Shown in pieces: positions 27,714-39,300 of a DNA stretch of 64,000 bases (positions are counted from its first letter, which is position 1; each line of letters begins with the position of its first letter). The translations under genes and the position numbers were made by a program. This DNA comes from an uncultured bacterium (GTDB lineage: Bacteria; Fidelibacterota; Marinisomatia; Marinisomatales; UBA1611). The stretch lies in assembly GCA_943788175.1 (NCBI GenBank), contig CALSPG010000007.1, positions 256,001 through 320,000 on the forward strand, in the 5' to 3' direction. The notes under the pieces are model-generated. The model saw nothing but the letters and a program-made list of their open reading frames with translations, had not been told where the DNA came from and did not search any database.

Positions 27714-30350
27714 TTAAATATTAATTTCAATAAAAAAAGTTGGCGTCATTCCTAACATTACAACATCTGAAATGATTTTCCCTGAGCTGTAGGGGTTATA
27801 TCTTTTATGACTAATATTTTTTTTATTAAATACATTATATATGGAAAGACCAGCATTCACTTCGAATCGGTTAATTTTAAACTTTTTTGACACAGAAAAA
27901 TCTAAATGATGTGTTGGTGGCAGCTTTTTATTGTTTCGCGTACCAGGATTAAATAATACTTGGAAATCACTCGCTATATAAACGTCACTTTCGTCAGTAT
28001 AAAATCGTCCTGAGGAATATGACCAATTTGTAGTCAGGTTCCAATCTAAGATTGAAGTAATAAAAACTGATTTGAATTCATGCTCTATGCTGTGATTAGC
28101 ATTATAATATTTTCCATCATCAATATCTGGGAATGAATATTTAGTGTTATTTATTTGATATGAAACCCATCCATTAATTGCTTGATTTTTTCTTCTAATA
28201 AAAAATTCAGCTCCATTTGCTTTTTCTTGTCCATCTGTTGCCAGTATAACGTCATCTATATAGTCAGTTTGTTTAGAAAATATTGGAATCGGAGATAAAT
28301 AGCTCTCAAAATCAAAATAACCAGACCCTCTTCGATCATAAATTGATACACTTAGTTCATGTTTTATACTTTTCCAGTTAGCACTAATTTGAGAGCTTTT
28401 TGAGGAAATGATAGGTATAGGATCATTAGAAATAAGCCACATGTTTTGAGTTCCTCTTGTACTCAAGGGGCTATTAAACTGATGTATGAATTGGTTGTTT
28501 TTACCGGTAGCACCTTCTATCGAAAAGTTTGAGTTTATTTTTAGTATAGCAGAGATTCGGGGTTCTAAATAATTTAGTTTAGTTAATGTGTAATATGTGT
28601 TTCGGAGACCTAATTGAAAATTTATAAATTTAGTAAAAGACCAATTATTTTCAAGGAAAAATGATTGTAAAACTCCACTTTCGTTAAAATTTGTTTTTTC
28701 AGAAGCATTAGTTAAAAATCGTTCGGTTAAAAACTCTGTATATAAAATTGATTTTGAAAACCCTATTTGTATATCATGATTTTGAAAGCTTTTTATATTT
28801 TGGTATATTTTAAATATGTGATTTGAAAATTTATTTTTTTCATTGTTTTTCTGTGAAAAAGTATCGTTATCTGAAATGATATTAAATAACTTTGAATCGT
28901 GATTGCTAAAATAACTTGTGTTAGATATAGAGGCCCTTATTATCCATTCAGGATTTAAATAATATGCCCATTTTAATATACCTCCGGTATTTAATAGATT
29001 CGTTTTTTCTACAATCTTCGTAGAATTAAAATCTAATATGTTTTCAAAGCCATAAAACTCACGGTTTTCCTTTATTATATCCTTTCCGTGTTTGATAGTG
29101 AAAGAAATTTTATTTTTAGTATTTATAACATAAGAGCCTGTAGCATTAAAATCCGTAAAATAAAATTTTGGACTATAATTAGTTCTTTGATTTTCATTTG
29201 CTGATAAACTAATTAGGTTAAAATTATCATCTCCAACGATATAGTCTTTTATAGATTCATATAGTTTTGTTTGTACTATATCATTAGAACTTCTAGCTGA
29301 CAATGCTAAGCTTCCTTTAGAAAAGATAGGTAGTTGAATCTGAGCACTATTGGTGCTCAGATTGGTGAAAACCTTTGCATTTGGTTTTAATGTATTCCCG
29401 GCATGATTTGAAATCTGGATTAAGCCGGATGTTTTACCGCCATATTGAGCTGGATAGACTCCTTTATAAACCTGAATATCTTTGATTGCCTTTGCTTGGA
29501 CACTGCTTATAAACCCAAACATATGAGTTTCTTGATATAGAGGCATCCCATCTATTAATATCAGATTTTGATCTGGTCGCCCTCCTCGAATATATAATTC
29601 AGATTTTCCAGCTAATCCTTGGCTTATCCCAGGTAGGAGCTGGAGAGATCTAAAAATATCAACCTCCCCAATGATTGGTAAAGTAGAAATATGTTTTGGA
29701 GAAAAAGAAATTTTACCAGGCTCATTAGCAATGTTTAAAAACTCTCTCGATTCTCCCCTGATATAAATATTTTTTGAATTTAATATTTTCTGCTTTAGAT
29801 AAATTTCTAGGGTGCTGTTTCTTGCGTTTTTTGAATGGATAATTTTTTTTTCAGTTTGATATCCAATGTAAGAAACAAAAAGGGTACAAGATTTAAAATT
29901 AATATTAGTTAATGAAAAAATTCCTTGCTCATCTGATATTGACCCTACACCAAGAGAAGGTATATAAACATTGGCGAAAGGTATAGTCCCCATGGATTTG
30001 TAATCATATATCTTTCCATAAAGATTGTATGTTTTTTTTTCTCTTTCAAATATTGCATACTGATTATCGATTTTTTCCCAACCATAATCTGAGTCTAATA
30101 GTAGAAGTGATAACAAACTGTCTAACTCACAATTATTACATTCTACTGAAATATTATTTTCTGATATATCTGAGGGATAAATAACAGGAGCTTGATAAGC
30201 TATTGAAGCTTTTTGTAGGGCTTCTTTCAAATCTATTTTGTTGAAAGAAGATGAAATTTTTAAATCTTCCCCAGATATTTTGGGAATGATAAGTAAAAAT
30301 AAGATTATTATGTATTGTATTGTTTTTCTAGAGTAAGATGTAAGATTCAC
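27714..30350 (-). CDS. TonB-dependent receptor with N-terminal signalling extension and carboxypeptidase-regulatory-like domain
   Basis: IPFANVYI, SYIGY, GEVDIFRSLQLLPGI, LYIRGGRPDQNLILIDG, YKGVYPAQYGG, YNVFNKKN; C-terminal beta strand. Confidence 0.92.
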   Translation of the reverse strand: MNLTSYSRKTIQYIIILFLLIIPKISGEDLKISSSFNKIDLKEALQKASIAYQAPVIYPSDISENNISVECNNCELDSLLSLLLLDSDYGWEKIDNQYAIFEREKKTYNLYGKIYDYKSMGTIPFANVYIPSLGVGSISDEQGIFSLTNINFKSCTLFVSYIGYQTEKKIIHSKNARNSTLEIYLKQKILNSKNIYIRGESREFLNIANEPGKISFSPKHISTLPIIGEVDIFRSLQLLPGISQGLAGKSELYIRGGRPDQNLILIDGMPLYQETHMFGFISSVQAKAIKDIQVYKGVYPAQYGGKTSGLIQISNHAGNTLKPNAKVFTNLSTNSAQIQLPIFSKGSLALSARSSNDIVQTKLYESIKDYIVGDDNFNLISLSANENQRTNYSPKFYFTDFNATGSYVINTKNKISFTIKHGKDIIKENREFYGFENILDFNSTKIVEKTNLLNTGGILKWAYYLNPEWIIRASISNTSYFSNHDSKLFNIISDNDTFSQKNNEKNKFSNHIFKIYQNIKSFQNHDIQIGFSKSILYTEFLTERFLTNASEKTNFNESGVLQSFFLENNWSFTKFINFQLGLRNTYYTLTKLNYLEPRISAILKINSNFSIEGATGKNNQFIHQFNSPLSTRGTQNMWLISNDPIPIISSKSSQISANWKSIKHELSVSIYDRRGSGYFDFESYLSPIPIFSKQTDYIDDVILATDGQEKANGAEFFIRRKNQAINGWVSYQINNTKYSFPDIDDGKYYNANHSIEHEFKSVFITSILDWNLTTNWSYSSGRFYTDESDVYIASDFQVLFNPGTRNNKKLPPTHHLDFSVSKKFKINRFEVNAGLSIYNVFNKKNISHKRYNPYSSGKIISDVVMLGMTPTFFIEINI

Positions 30351-31212
30351 CCTGTAATTTAAACTGTCGCTTAGACAATAATGAAATACTCCTCAATACT
30401 GATTCTAAATTATCAGGTTCAAGATGAAGTGTTCCCGAAATCAAAGTTTCTTTTTGGTCAGATTCTAGAAACTTAATATTTATTGCGTAAAGCCTTTCAA
30501 GCTCTTTACATATTCTTTCGAGTGAAAAGTTATTACAAATAATTTTATGGTTTTTCCAACCAGGATAGAAATTGGTTGTATTAGATTGTAATATGAGATT
30601 TGGTTTTTTTGGGTTTATTTCTATCTGATCACCCTCATTAAGAAATATTACTTTTGTATCTTTTTCTAATCTAACTAACCCTTCATTTACGCCAGTTTCA
30701 AAACCATCTTTTCGAGATCGCACATTAAATTTTGTTCCAAGTACTACAATTTTTGCGTATTCTGTTGAAATAATAAATGGGTAGGAACCTTTTTTTACAT
30801 CAAAAAATGCTTCCCCTTTTAGTGCGATTGTTCTGTTTGAAGAGTTATAATCTTTGGAAAATGAAATAGAGCTTTCTGCATTCAAATGAACTTGTGTTCC
30901 ATCGCTCAGTGTAACGAGTTTCCCACTTAAACCTGTTCCGGAATGGATATTAACTGTATTCATCATTTTTATCATTGGAATAGCAAATACTATCATCATA
31001 AATAATGCGATGGCTAAGCGAGGGAATAATGATTTAATTTTATTTGAAACAATTACTGGATTGGCCTTTTTAGGCTCAGATGAAATATCCATTTGCTGTT
31101 CTAAACGCATCCAGACTTCTTGTTTGGACGGAGCTATGCGTTTTTCAATCTTTGAACACAGATTCCATAATGATTGTTCTTTTTTATTAATTTTTAACAT
31201 TCCTATAAACAT
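30328..31212 (-). CDS. FecR family anti-sigma factor
   Basis: Transmembrane helix, then LSDGTQVHLNAESSI, LKGEAFFDV, VLGTKFNV. Confidence 0.92.
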   Translation of the reverse strand: MFIGMLKINKKEQSLWNLCSKIEKRIAPSKQEVWMRLEQQMDISSEPKKANPVIVSNKIKSLFPRLAIALFMMIVFAIPMIKMMNTVNIHSGTGLSGKLVTLSDGTQVHLNAESSISFSKDYNSSNRTIALKGEAFFDVKKGSYPFIISTEYAKIVVLGTKFNVRSRKDGFETGVNEGLVRLEKDTKVIFLNEGDQIEINPKKPNLILQSNTTNFYPGWKNHKIICNNFSLERICKELERLYAINIKFLESDQKETLISGTLHLEPDNLESVLRSISLLSKRQFKLQGESYILL

Positions 31213-31213
31213 C

Positions 31214-31240
31214 TACGTTACTTGATTGCTTTTTACTCAT
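31214..31240 (-). promoter_or_regulatory. Candidate ECF sigma promoter for fecR-TBDR, overlapping the sigma stop codon
   Basis: Minus strand TGAGT-17 nt-CGTA; CGT in the -10 box is typical of ECF promoters. Inference only. Confidence 0.3.
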
Positions 31241-31782
31241 AAATAATTTTTTAATTTTTTCTTTAATATTTTTATTGCTCTATAAATTTGATTCTCAACG
31301 GTCCGGACACTTATTCCTAAAGATTCAGAAATTTCATTGTTTGACAGCTTCTCAACGCGACTTAAAATAAAAACTTGGCGACATTTTTCTGGCAACTCAG
31401 TCTCTACTACTTTTTGTATTTCATTTTCTAAGAATGTAGATAGTACTTTTTCTTCTGGTGAGTTAGTTTGACTGTCATTGTTTCTTGGTATTAACGATTC
31501 ATGCCTTTGTCGTACTTCATTATGGCGAAAATGATCATAACATAAGTTTGTACTAATTTTTGCAATCAACGAAAAAAAGGATTTGTTAGATTTTAGCTTA
31601 GATCTCATTTTCCAAACTCGTAAAAATGTTTCTTGAGTAATATCTTCTGCTATATCGCCATCTTGTATTTTGTACTGCACAAAACGAAACAAAGTGTCAT
31701 GATAATTAAAAAAAAGTGTTTTAAATGCTATTTTATCAGAATTTTTAACTTTGTGTAAAAGTATTTCGTCTTTGTCAGTCAT
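31237..31782 (-). CDS. ECF RNA polymerase sigma-70 factor
   Basis: AEDITQETFLRVW, NLCYDHFR, LPEKCRQVFILSR, ISVRTVENQIYRA. Confidence 0.94.
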   Translation of the reverse strand: MTDKDEILLHKVKNSDKIAFKTLFFNYHDTLFRFVQYKIQDGDIAEDITQETFLRVWKMRSKLKSNKSFFSLIAKISTNLCYDHFRHNEVRQRHESLIPRNNDSQTNSPEEKVLSTFLENEIQKVVETELPEKCRQVFILSRVEKLSNNEISESLGISVRTVENQIYRAIKILKKKLKNYL

Positions 31783-31905
31783 TTTTCTTAAGATGTGAAT
31801 AATAAAACTTAAAATATTAATTACTGTTATTGAGCAATTTAATATAAAATAATAATGGTTCTATGTTTGTAGCGTGTCAATTTGGTTAGAAAAGGATTAT
31901 AAAAA

Positions 31906-33171
31906 GTGAAGTTAAATCAAAGCGAATATGAAAATCTAATAATAACAGATTATAATTTTAGAGCTCCGTTGGACTATGGATCTCAAAATGGAGAAAATAT
32001 CTCGATTTTTGTTAGAAGAGTATCAAGGAAAGAAAATTCAAAAAAATCTATGCCTTGTTTGATCTTCTTTCAAGGCGGGCCAGGATATGAGTCCCCTAGG
32101 CCATTATCAGATTCTGGCTGGATTAAAACAGCGAGTGAGGTATACGATGTCATTTTAATTGATCAAAGAGGTACCGGACTCAGCTCGCCAATATCATCAG
32201 AATCTGTATTAAACATGAGTGATAATGATCTAGCAAAATACCTTACATTATTTAGAGCTGATAATATCATAAAAGACGCCGAATTGTTTCGGAAAAAATT
32301 AATTGGCAATAAAAAATGGTCCGTTCTAGGGCAAAGTTTTGGAGGGTTTTGTGCAATGACTTATTTGTCTTTTTACCCTGAAAGCCTGGAAAAAGTATTT
32401 ATTACTGGAGGAATTCCTCCATTAAAAGCTCATCCTGACGATATATATCGTGCTACATATCAAAGGGTTTTGAATAAAAATAAACAGTTTTATAAATTAT
32501 TTCCTAACGCCAGATTAAATGCAAAAAGAATAGGAGATTATTTAGATAAAAATAATGTCCAATTACCGAATGGTGATATATTATCGGTTAAGAGGTTTCA
32601 ACAATTAGGTTTAAACCTTGGGTTTAGCGATGGAATGGCGACACTTAATTTTCTTTTTGAAAGAGCATTCGTCAACGATAAGCTTTCTCATTATTTTTTA
32701 AAACAAGTATTAATGATGCAAACATTTGATACAAACCCATTGTTTACAATTCTTCATGAGGCTTGTTATGCTCAAGGCTTTTCTACAGAATGGTCCGCAC
32801 AGCGTATTTTAAATGAATATTCTGAATTTGATTATAAAGAAAATGCAGAGTTCTTTTTTACCGGTGAAATGTTGTATCCCTGGATGCTCGATGATTATAG
32901 CTCGTTAAAACCGTTTAAAAAAGCAGCAAATATTATTGCTCATAAAAAAGATTGGCCAGTATTATATAAAGAGGATGTGTTAAGACAGAACAAAGTACCA
33001 GTAGCTGCGGCAGTATATACAAACGATATGTATGTAGATAGAGGGTTTTCTATAAAACTTGCAGAAAAGATTCCAAATATGAATATATGGGAGACAAATT
33101 TATATGAGCATAATGCACTACGTAGCAATGGGAAAAAGGTATTAGATTTACTTTTTAAGCGGATATCATAA
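31906..33171 (+). CDS. Proline iminopeptidase (alpha/beta hydrolase)
   Basis: FQGGPG, DQRGTGLS, FRADNI, GQSFGG nucleophile elbow, FTGEM, DMYV, EHNALR. Confidence 0.88.
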   Translation: MKLNQSEYENLIITDYNFRAPLDYGSQNGENISIFVRRVSRKENSKKSMPCLIFFQGGPGYESPRPLSDSGWIKTASEVYDVILIDQRGTGLSSPISSESVLNMSDNDLAKYLTLFRADNIIKDAELFRKKLIGNKKWSVLGQSFGGFCAMTYLSFYPESLEKVFITGGIPPLKAHPDDIYRATYQRVLNKNKQFYKLFPNARLNAKRIGDYLDKNNVQLPNGDILSVKRFQQLGLNLGFSDGMATLNFLFERAFVNDKLSHYFLKQVLMMQTFDTNPLFTILHEACYAQGFSTEWSAQRILNEYSEFDYKENAEFFFTGEMLYPWMLDDYSSLKPFKKAANIIAHKKDWPVLYKEDVLRQNKVPVAAAVYTNDMYVDRGFSIKLAEKIPNMNIWETNLYEHNALRSNGKKVLDLLFKRIS

Positions 33172-33205
33172 GTAATATTTATAAAGCCTGAGGTAAGTAC
33201 TCAAA

Positions 33206-34189
33206 ATGTTTAGTTATAAACAAAATTTATTAATAGCCAGTCTATGGTTTACCATATTATTAGTTGGTTGTTCATCAATCGGCACTCATCAATATCCAGA
33301 TGTGATTTATAATCATAGGCAACCTTTGGTTTCAGTTTCCTATGAATATGGAGAAATAGATATTCAAATACCTTTAGTCTTTCCAGGGATTGTTCCTGAA
33401 CAATTATCTTTTCAAGTTTATGCGAGAGGGGATAGTATAAATCCTCTTATTACGATTAAAAGTAACGCTACTGATTTAGTTAGAATTTTTCTCCCTCAAG
33501 GAGTTTTAGATATAGAAGAGAATAATAATTTTATTTTAATCAAGCCACATCATCCTGATTTTGTTAGTAAAAAAGTGATGTTTAAAGGTATAAATTATGG
33601 AAAAGTTACTCTAGACCCAGTGCATATTGTTCAACAGCCATTAACTATAGCAGGAATGGTTTCAAATACGCTTACTGAAGAGGTACTAAATAACATTGAT
33701 GTGTCATTATTTCTAAAAAATGATTTATTGCAAAAAGTTTTCTCTAATGAGAATGGAGAATATACTCTCACCATTTCAGGTGAATATAAAAACCAAGGTT
33801 TTCTTAGAATAGTTGCAGGAGAAAAATTAATTTTTTCACCTTTTCGTCAAGATGTTAGCTTTGAAAAATCGAAAAGTTTAAAAGTCAATATTGGGTTAGG
33901 TCCAAGTCAAGATTTAGCAGACTTAGGGAACCTTTACATAACAAATAAATCCAATGTGCACTTTAGAGATAAGCCTCATATTGGTGGAACTACACTTTTT
34001 TTACTTCCAAAAGGTGAGCCTGTAGCAGTGGAGCAAATTTCTAAGGGTCTCTATTACGGCACAATAGAAATTTTAGTTTCTTCTGGAAAAAGAGTCAAAT
34101 TAAGTGGTTGGCTTGAAAGGCAATTCACAGATCTTTTGTTTTTTGATAATATTTTCAAAGATGAAAAAGTTTATGAGCAAACACTTTAA
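33206..34189 (+). CDS. Hypothetical lipoprotein with carboxypeptidase-regulatory-like and C-terminal SH3-like domains
   Basis: Lipobox LLVGC; IAGMVSN...SNENGEYTL; NVHFRDKP...LPKGEPV...SGWL. Confidence 0.6.
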   Translation: MFSYKQNLLIASLWFTILLVGCSSIGTHQYPDVIYNHRQPLVSVSYEYGEIDIQIPLVFPGIVPEQLSFQVYARGDSINPLITIKSNATDLVRIFLPQGVLDIEENNNFILIKPHHPDFVSKKVMFKGINYGKVTLDPVHIVQQPLTIAGMVSNTLTEEVLNNIDVSLFLKNDLLQKVFSNENGEYTLTISGEYKNQGFLRIVAGEKLIFSPFRQDVSFEKSKSLKVNIGLGPSQDLADLGNLYITNKSNVHFRDKPHIGGTTLFLLPKGEPVAVEQISKGLYYGTIEILVSSGKRVKLSGWLERQFTDLLFFDNIFKDEKVYEQTL

Positions 34190-34841
34190 TATAACTTTAT
34201 TTATAGTTGTGGCCTTAGGCCAATTATTTGCTCAGACTGGACCTGACTCAAAACTGGTTAAAGAAAATGTCAAAACTAAAATAGACTCGCTAGAATATTT
34301 AAATTTAATTAATGACACTACTAAAACATCATTTTTATTAACAGAAGATAAAAAAACTTTTTCTTCTTCAGAAAAAAAACCAGTAATTAAAAAAAATAAA
34401 TTTCAACCAACAAATGTTGAATTAAATATAAATACCATACCTGAAAACGTTGAAGTTTATCTAGATGGAAAATTGATTGGAAAGACGCCAATTTCTGGTG
34501 AAAAGATATTATCTGGTAATCACACATTTGATATTCAAAAAAATGGCTTTGCTCCGATATCATACGATTTAAATGTAAATGCTTCAAAGTCTGTGAATTT
34601 AGATTTTTTTTTAAACCCTGTTTATAACATAAAATTTAAAACTAATGAGCCCGGTTTAATTTTTGAATTGAACGATAATCATAGGTGGACTGAAGATATG
34701 ATAAAAATGCAATTAGAGGCAGGTGGTCATCGGTTGCGAGTCTACAGATTAGGAGAAATAATTGATGAGCAAATAATTGTTGCTGATCAGCCACTTACTT
34801 TTCAATATTATCTAAAAAAAGGAATGGTTATAAAACCTTGA
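34173..34841 (+). CDS. PEGA domain protein
   Basis: Signal peptide MSKHFNITLFIVVALGQLFA; LNINTIPENVEVYLDGKLIGKTPI...GNHTFDIQKNGF, plus a second degenerate copy. Confidence 0.8.
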   Translation: MSKHFNITLFIVVALGQLFAQTGPDSKLVKENVKTKIDSLEYLNLINDTTKTSFLLTEDKKTFSSSEKKPVIKKNKFQPTNVELNINTIPENVEVYLDGKLIGKTPISGEKILSGNHTFDIQKNGFAPISYDLNVNASKSVNLDFFLNPVYNIKFKTNEPGLIFELNDNHRWTEDMIKMQLEAGGHRLRVYRLGEIIDEQIIVADQPLTFQYYLKKGMVIKP

Positions 34842-34849
34842 TTAATTAA

Positions 34850-35743
34850 ATGAAAGTTTATTTAGTACCTATTTTATTTTTTGGATTAATTCAAGCAAAA
34901 ACTGAATCACCTTCCATTCTTATTTTAAATGAATACGATAGTAAAGTTGTTGATGGATCGATTTCAAATTATTTTCCAAGTAAAAACTTTATTAATAGTG
35001 AAGATACTTCTCCATTCTTAGGTTCATTAGATAGCTTGGTAAACCCAGCTTCTGGAAGGATGTCGTTGATTAGAAAACTTGGTTCAGACTTTGATGTTGA
35101 TTATATACTATTTCATCAAATAGAAAGTGACAATAATAGATTCCTATTAGAAGGTCAAATGTTTAATACCAGGTCTGGCGGTCTAATAAAGCGAAGGGTA
35201 GTTGATGTTACTAGTTATTATAAAGGTAAGATTAATGAATTGAAGCTTTGGGTCGGTGATGCTCTTCGAGAGGTAGATAAAGATTGGGTAAATCAGAGAA
35301 AATCAATTTTATATAATGAGCCATCTGAAATAATCCAAGACAAAACTCCAGAGGGAGCAATGGCTAGGTCTTTACTTTTGCCTGGCTGGGGTCAATTTTA
35401 TTCTGATGCGTATAATTCAGGTGTAGCAATTTCAAGTTTAGAATCAATATTACTTACATCTGTATTGGTAAGCTATCTGAGCTATAATAAGTCTGTTAAA
35501 AATTTTAAGACCTACTCAAAGTTGTATGAAGAATCATCTGAACAAGTAGAGTTTGACGAATACCGATCTTTATCTAACCGTGAATGGGAAAAACATAAGC
35601 AATATAATTCTGCTTTAATATATACGAGTATTGCCTCAGGCTCATTATGGTTTGCTAACGGGATTCATGCATACATTGTTGGGCCAAGGCCTAAAAAAGA
35701 TATTATTCAAAAATGGAATGCTAAAGTTCCTTCAGCTAATTAA
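34850..35743 (+). CDS. Exported/membrane protein with DUF5683-like C-terminal domain
   Basis: PEGAMARSLLLPGWGQFY...WFANGIHAY; signal peptide. Confidence 0.65.
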   Translation: MKVYLVPILFFGLIQAKTESPSILILNEYDSKVVDGSISNYFPSKNFINSEDTSPFLGSLDSLVNPASGRMSLIRKLGSDFDVDYILFHQIESDNNRFLLEGQMFNTRSGGLIKRRVVDVTSYYKGKINELKLWVGDALREVDKDWVNQRKSILYNEPSEIIQDKTPEGAMARSLLLPGWGQFYSDAYNSGVAISSLESILLTSVLVSYLSYNKSVKNFKTYSKLYEESSEQVEFDEYRSLSNREWEKHKQYNSALIYTSIASGSLWFANGIHAYIVGPRPKKDIIQKWNAKVPSAN

Positions 35744-35752
35744 TAACTTAAG

Positions 35753-36313
35753 TTGCGTTTAGTTTCTATATTCCTAATTACGGTCTTCCTCTCAAATTGC
35801 ACTGTTTATGATAATAATCTTGATAACCCTAATGATAATGAAGCTAATGAAGAGCTAGGTGTTTTTCCTCCATCAGTAGTATTCTTTCCAAAAGAACAAA
35901 CCAAAACAGTTTCTGATACAGTTTCAGTAGGTGCCTATGCAGTTTTCTCGGATACTTCGATTGTGCCTTTTTCAGGCGCACATTTAAACATTAAATATGA
36001 TAATTCTTTATTAGAAATCGATTCTATCGCTCCAGGTTGGATAGGTCCGGGAAGTATAACGGACTCTAATAAAACAACACCTTTATTTACATACGTCGAA
36101 GATCAAGGCATCTTAGATATATATGCATATTATCTAAGTACATCTGATATCTCTATTGATAGTTTGACACACATTGCTGAAATTTGGTTTAAACCTAAAT
36201 CAGTTGGTTCAAGTATTGTTAGTTATGATACTTCTGAGTGCCAATTGATCAAGTTTGATGAAACTATTATTCCAATTAATGGAACAAGGGAAGCATCAAT
36301 AATCATTCAGTAA
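35753..36313 (+). CDS. Cohesin-like domain lipoprotein
   Basis: Lipobox FLSNC; SVVFFP...DTVSV...FSGAHLNIKYDNSLLEIDSIAPG...IAEIWFKPKSVGSSIVSY follows the cohesin beta-sandwich pattern. Confidence 0.65.
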   Translation: MRLVSIFLITVFLSNCTVYDNNLDNPNDNEANEELGVFPPSVVFFPKEQTKTVSDTVSVGAYAVFSDTSIVPFSGAHLNIKYDNSLLEIDSIAPGWIGPGSITDSNKTTPLFTYVEDQGILDIYAYYLSTSDISIDSLTHIAEIWFKPKSVGSSIVSYDTSECQLIKFDETIIPINGTREASIIIQ

Positions 36314-39300
36314 TGAAAAAATATAGTTTTTTATTTTTATTATTCAGCTTTATACAAGCAGATATACTTTTTACTGAAACTTTTGATAATAGCGGAACTT
36401 GGCCAACAGATTGGTCATTTGATCAATATATTAATCCTGAAACAGGCGAGGTCCACACATCTTTTGGTCAGCATAATTGGAGAATCGACAATTCATTCCA
36501 GTCTGACCCTGGATTCACACCTCCAGCAGCCGTATTTTATTATTTTCCTCGTGTTCCACTACCAAGTGATGTTTCCATAGGCGATATTCACCCAGCTGAA
36601 TCTGGTAATGACCCGCAATCAGAACTTGAGACTTCATATGAATTAAGTATGCAAAGTCCTGATATAGATGTTGGTGATAATAATGCTGTTCTGGTTGAAT
36701 TTACGATTGCTTTAGACTACTGGGATAATCCTACAGCTCATATAAATGGGATGGTCATTGAAGCTGATGGTGGTAATGGCTGGTCAGAAATGTTGAAATA
36801 TGAAGTTGGCGGGGTGGGCGCGGGTGATGATTTTGATGCTAGTTTAAGGACTGAAACATTTGTTGTCTCTACAGAAACGGGTACTCTAAAACTAAGATGG
36901 AAGGCATACGGAACAGATTCATATTTTATTGATGCTTGGATAATTGACAATCTAAAAGTCATCACATTACCAAAATTGTCTTATGTTCATATAGAATCAG
37001 ATAACACAACTGATAATCAATCGGCAGTTGAAGGCGACAATGTAACGCTATCGTTTACAAGCGAACAAAGTCTTTTAACCTTACCATATGTTCAAATAAA
37101 TGGTTTTGAAACAACAGTTATACCTCAGGGCGGAAATTCTTATATAGCTTCTTATATTGTTAGTATTGCAGATGCTGATGGGCCATTAACATTTTCCATT
37201 GATTTTACTGCCTTAGATGGTGGTATTGATGGGGCTACTGTTAAAACCACTACAGAAAATAGTAGAGTAACGATTGATAGGACTCCGCCACCTCCTTTTA
37301 ATGTTGGAGACATAATAACTACTCAGGGTGGGAATGTATTTTCAGGGAAGTGGAATAGTACTAATACAGGTATGGAAATTGATGTTACAGTGCCTGAGGA
37401 CTCTGCCGTCGTCGATTTTAATTATTTTCAAGGTAACTCAATTTCTTTTGATGGTTTGGATGACCGTGTAGTTATAAGTGGAAACTCAATTTATAAATTT
37501 TCAGATCAATTTACGATTGAGTTGTGGGTTAAGCCGAACAGTACTGATTCAGATAATTATAGAGGACTTATTAGTTTTGGTGAAGATGGCAGTAATCAAT
37601 TTGGATATGGTTTTGCTTATTACGCAACAGGGTGGAGGTTCTTTATCAAAACGCAATCTAATTCTGTTTCCCAATGGACGAGTCTTCCTTATGCATCAGC
37701 TCCCTCTGGGCAATGGACTCATTTAGCCGCTTCTTATGATGGAACAAAGTTAACATTATATAAAAATGGTTCGGTGGCTGATGAAAAAGTAGTATCTGGT
37801 CAAATCGCATGGACCGCTAATTCTGGTGATCTTTACATTGGCTCTTTTAATAAAGCTGGGACTGATTATTTTTTTAATGGGAACATAGATGAAGTTCGTC
37901 TCTGGGATACTGTTAGAACTGGTTTGCAGATAAAAGGAAACAAAGGTATTACACTTGAAGGGAATGAAAACGGGCTGGTTAGCTATTGGAAAGCTGATGA
38001 GTCAGCAGGGACTGTTTTAAATGATTTAACTTCAAATCAGATAAATGGGAACTTAAATGGTTCTTCTTTTGCAACTTTAAACTCGCCTATAAATTTTTCA
38101 ACACCGATCTATGACAATACTGTTATAATTGGATCAAAGTACCAGCTAAGAGCAAAAATAGGTTCGAATTCTTTTGAACTTTTTGATGATTTACAAGAAG
38201 TCACTTTAACTGATTTTAATTCTGGTCAAAAAATTATTAATGGATTATCTATTAATTTTTCCAATGTCACTGGTTATCAGCACAGTGAGACTGCTCAAAT
38301 ATCTGCATTGTTATATGATCAGTCAGGAAATCAATCTTTGGGTGATACTAGTGTTATGGTGCTAGAAATTGACTTGATTGCAAATAATCCAACTTCCACT
38401 AATATTACTTCAAACAACACTAATTCATCTTATGCTAAAACTGATGATATAATAACAATAACCATGGCTTATGATGAAGATATAGCTTCTACTTCAACAG
38501 CTATTGAAAGTAATAATGCTGCAGATACAGACCTTGGTAGTGAACAGTTTAAAGCAGATTACACACTTGTTGGCACTGAGCCAGAAGGAGTACTTAACTT
38601 TACCATAGACGCTTTAGATTATATGGGCAACCCTGGAAACTATAGTCTAACCACAGATGGATCTCAGGTTATTTACGATAAGACTCTTCCTGAACTTACA
38701 TATGTAAATATTTCTTCAAATAACGCAGATACTTCATGGGCAAAAGTGAATGACTCTATTAGCTTAACATTTATATCAAATGAGAAAATATCTTTACCGA
38801 ATGTCTTTATTTTAGGTCAAGTAGCTAGTGTAGTTGATTTCCAAAATAATAAATTTAAAGCAATTTATGTTCCTACAGATTCTGATATCGAAGGATTAGC
38901 CACTTTTGAGATACAATTCTCAGACTTAGCAGGAAATGATGGAACCCCTATAACTAATTCCATAAATAATACAAAAGTAACATTCGATAAAACTAATCCA
39001 GCTGATTTTATAGTTGGCTTATTAACGCCTACGGGTGGAAATCAGGTAGCAGAAATTTGGAACCTTACAAATACTGGGATAGATATTATTGTTCCGGTTT
39101 CTAATGACACTACATTAAAAAATGGAACGGTTCAGCTTTACGCTAAAATTGCTTCTAATGTTTTTACGCCTCTCGGTGATATTTCAACAATATTATCTAG
39201 CGAAATAAATACAGATAAAACTATTTCTATACCAGGTAATTTAATTGAAGGATTAACCGGTTTTGTTGAAATGCAAACAATCTATATTAAGGCGATAATG

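Noticed and set aside
27680-31905. Genomic island integrated at ssrA
   Set aside because: No integrase and no duplicate of the tmRNA 3' end was seen.
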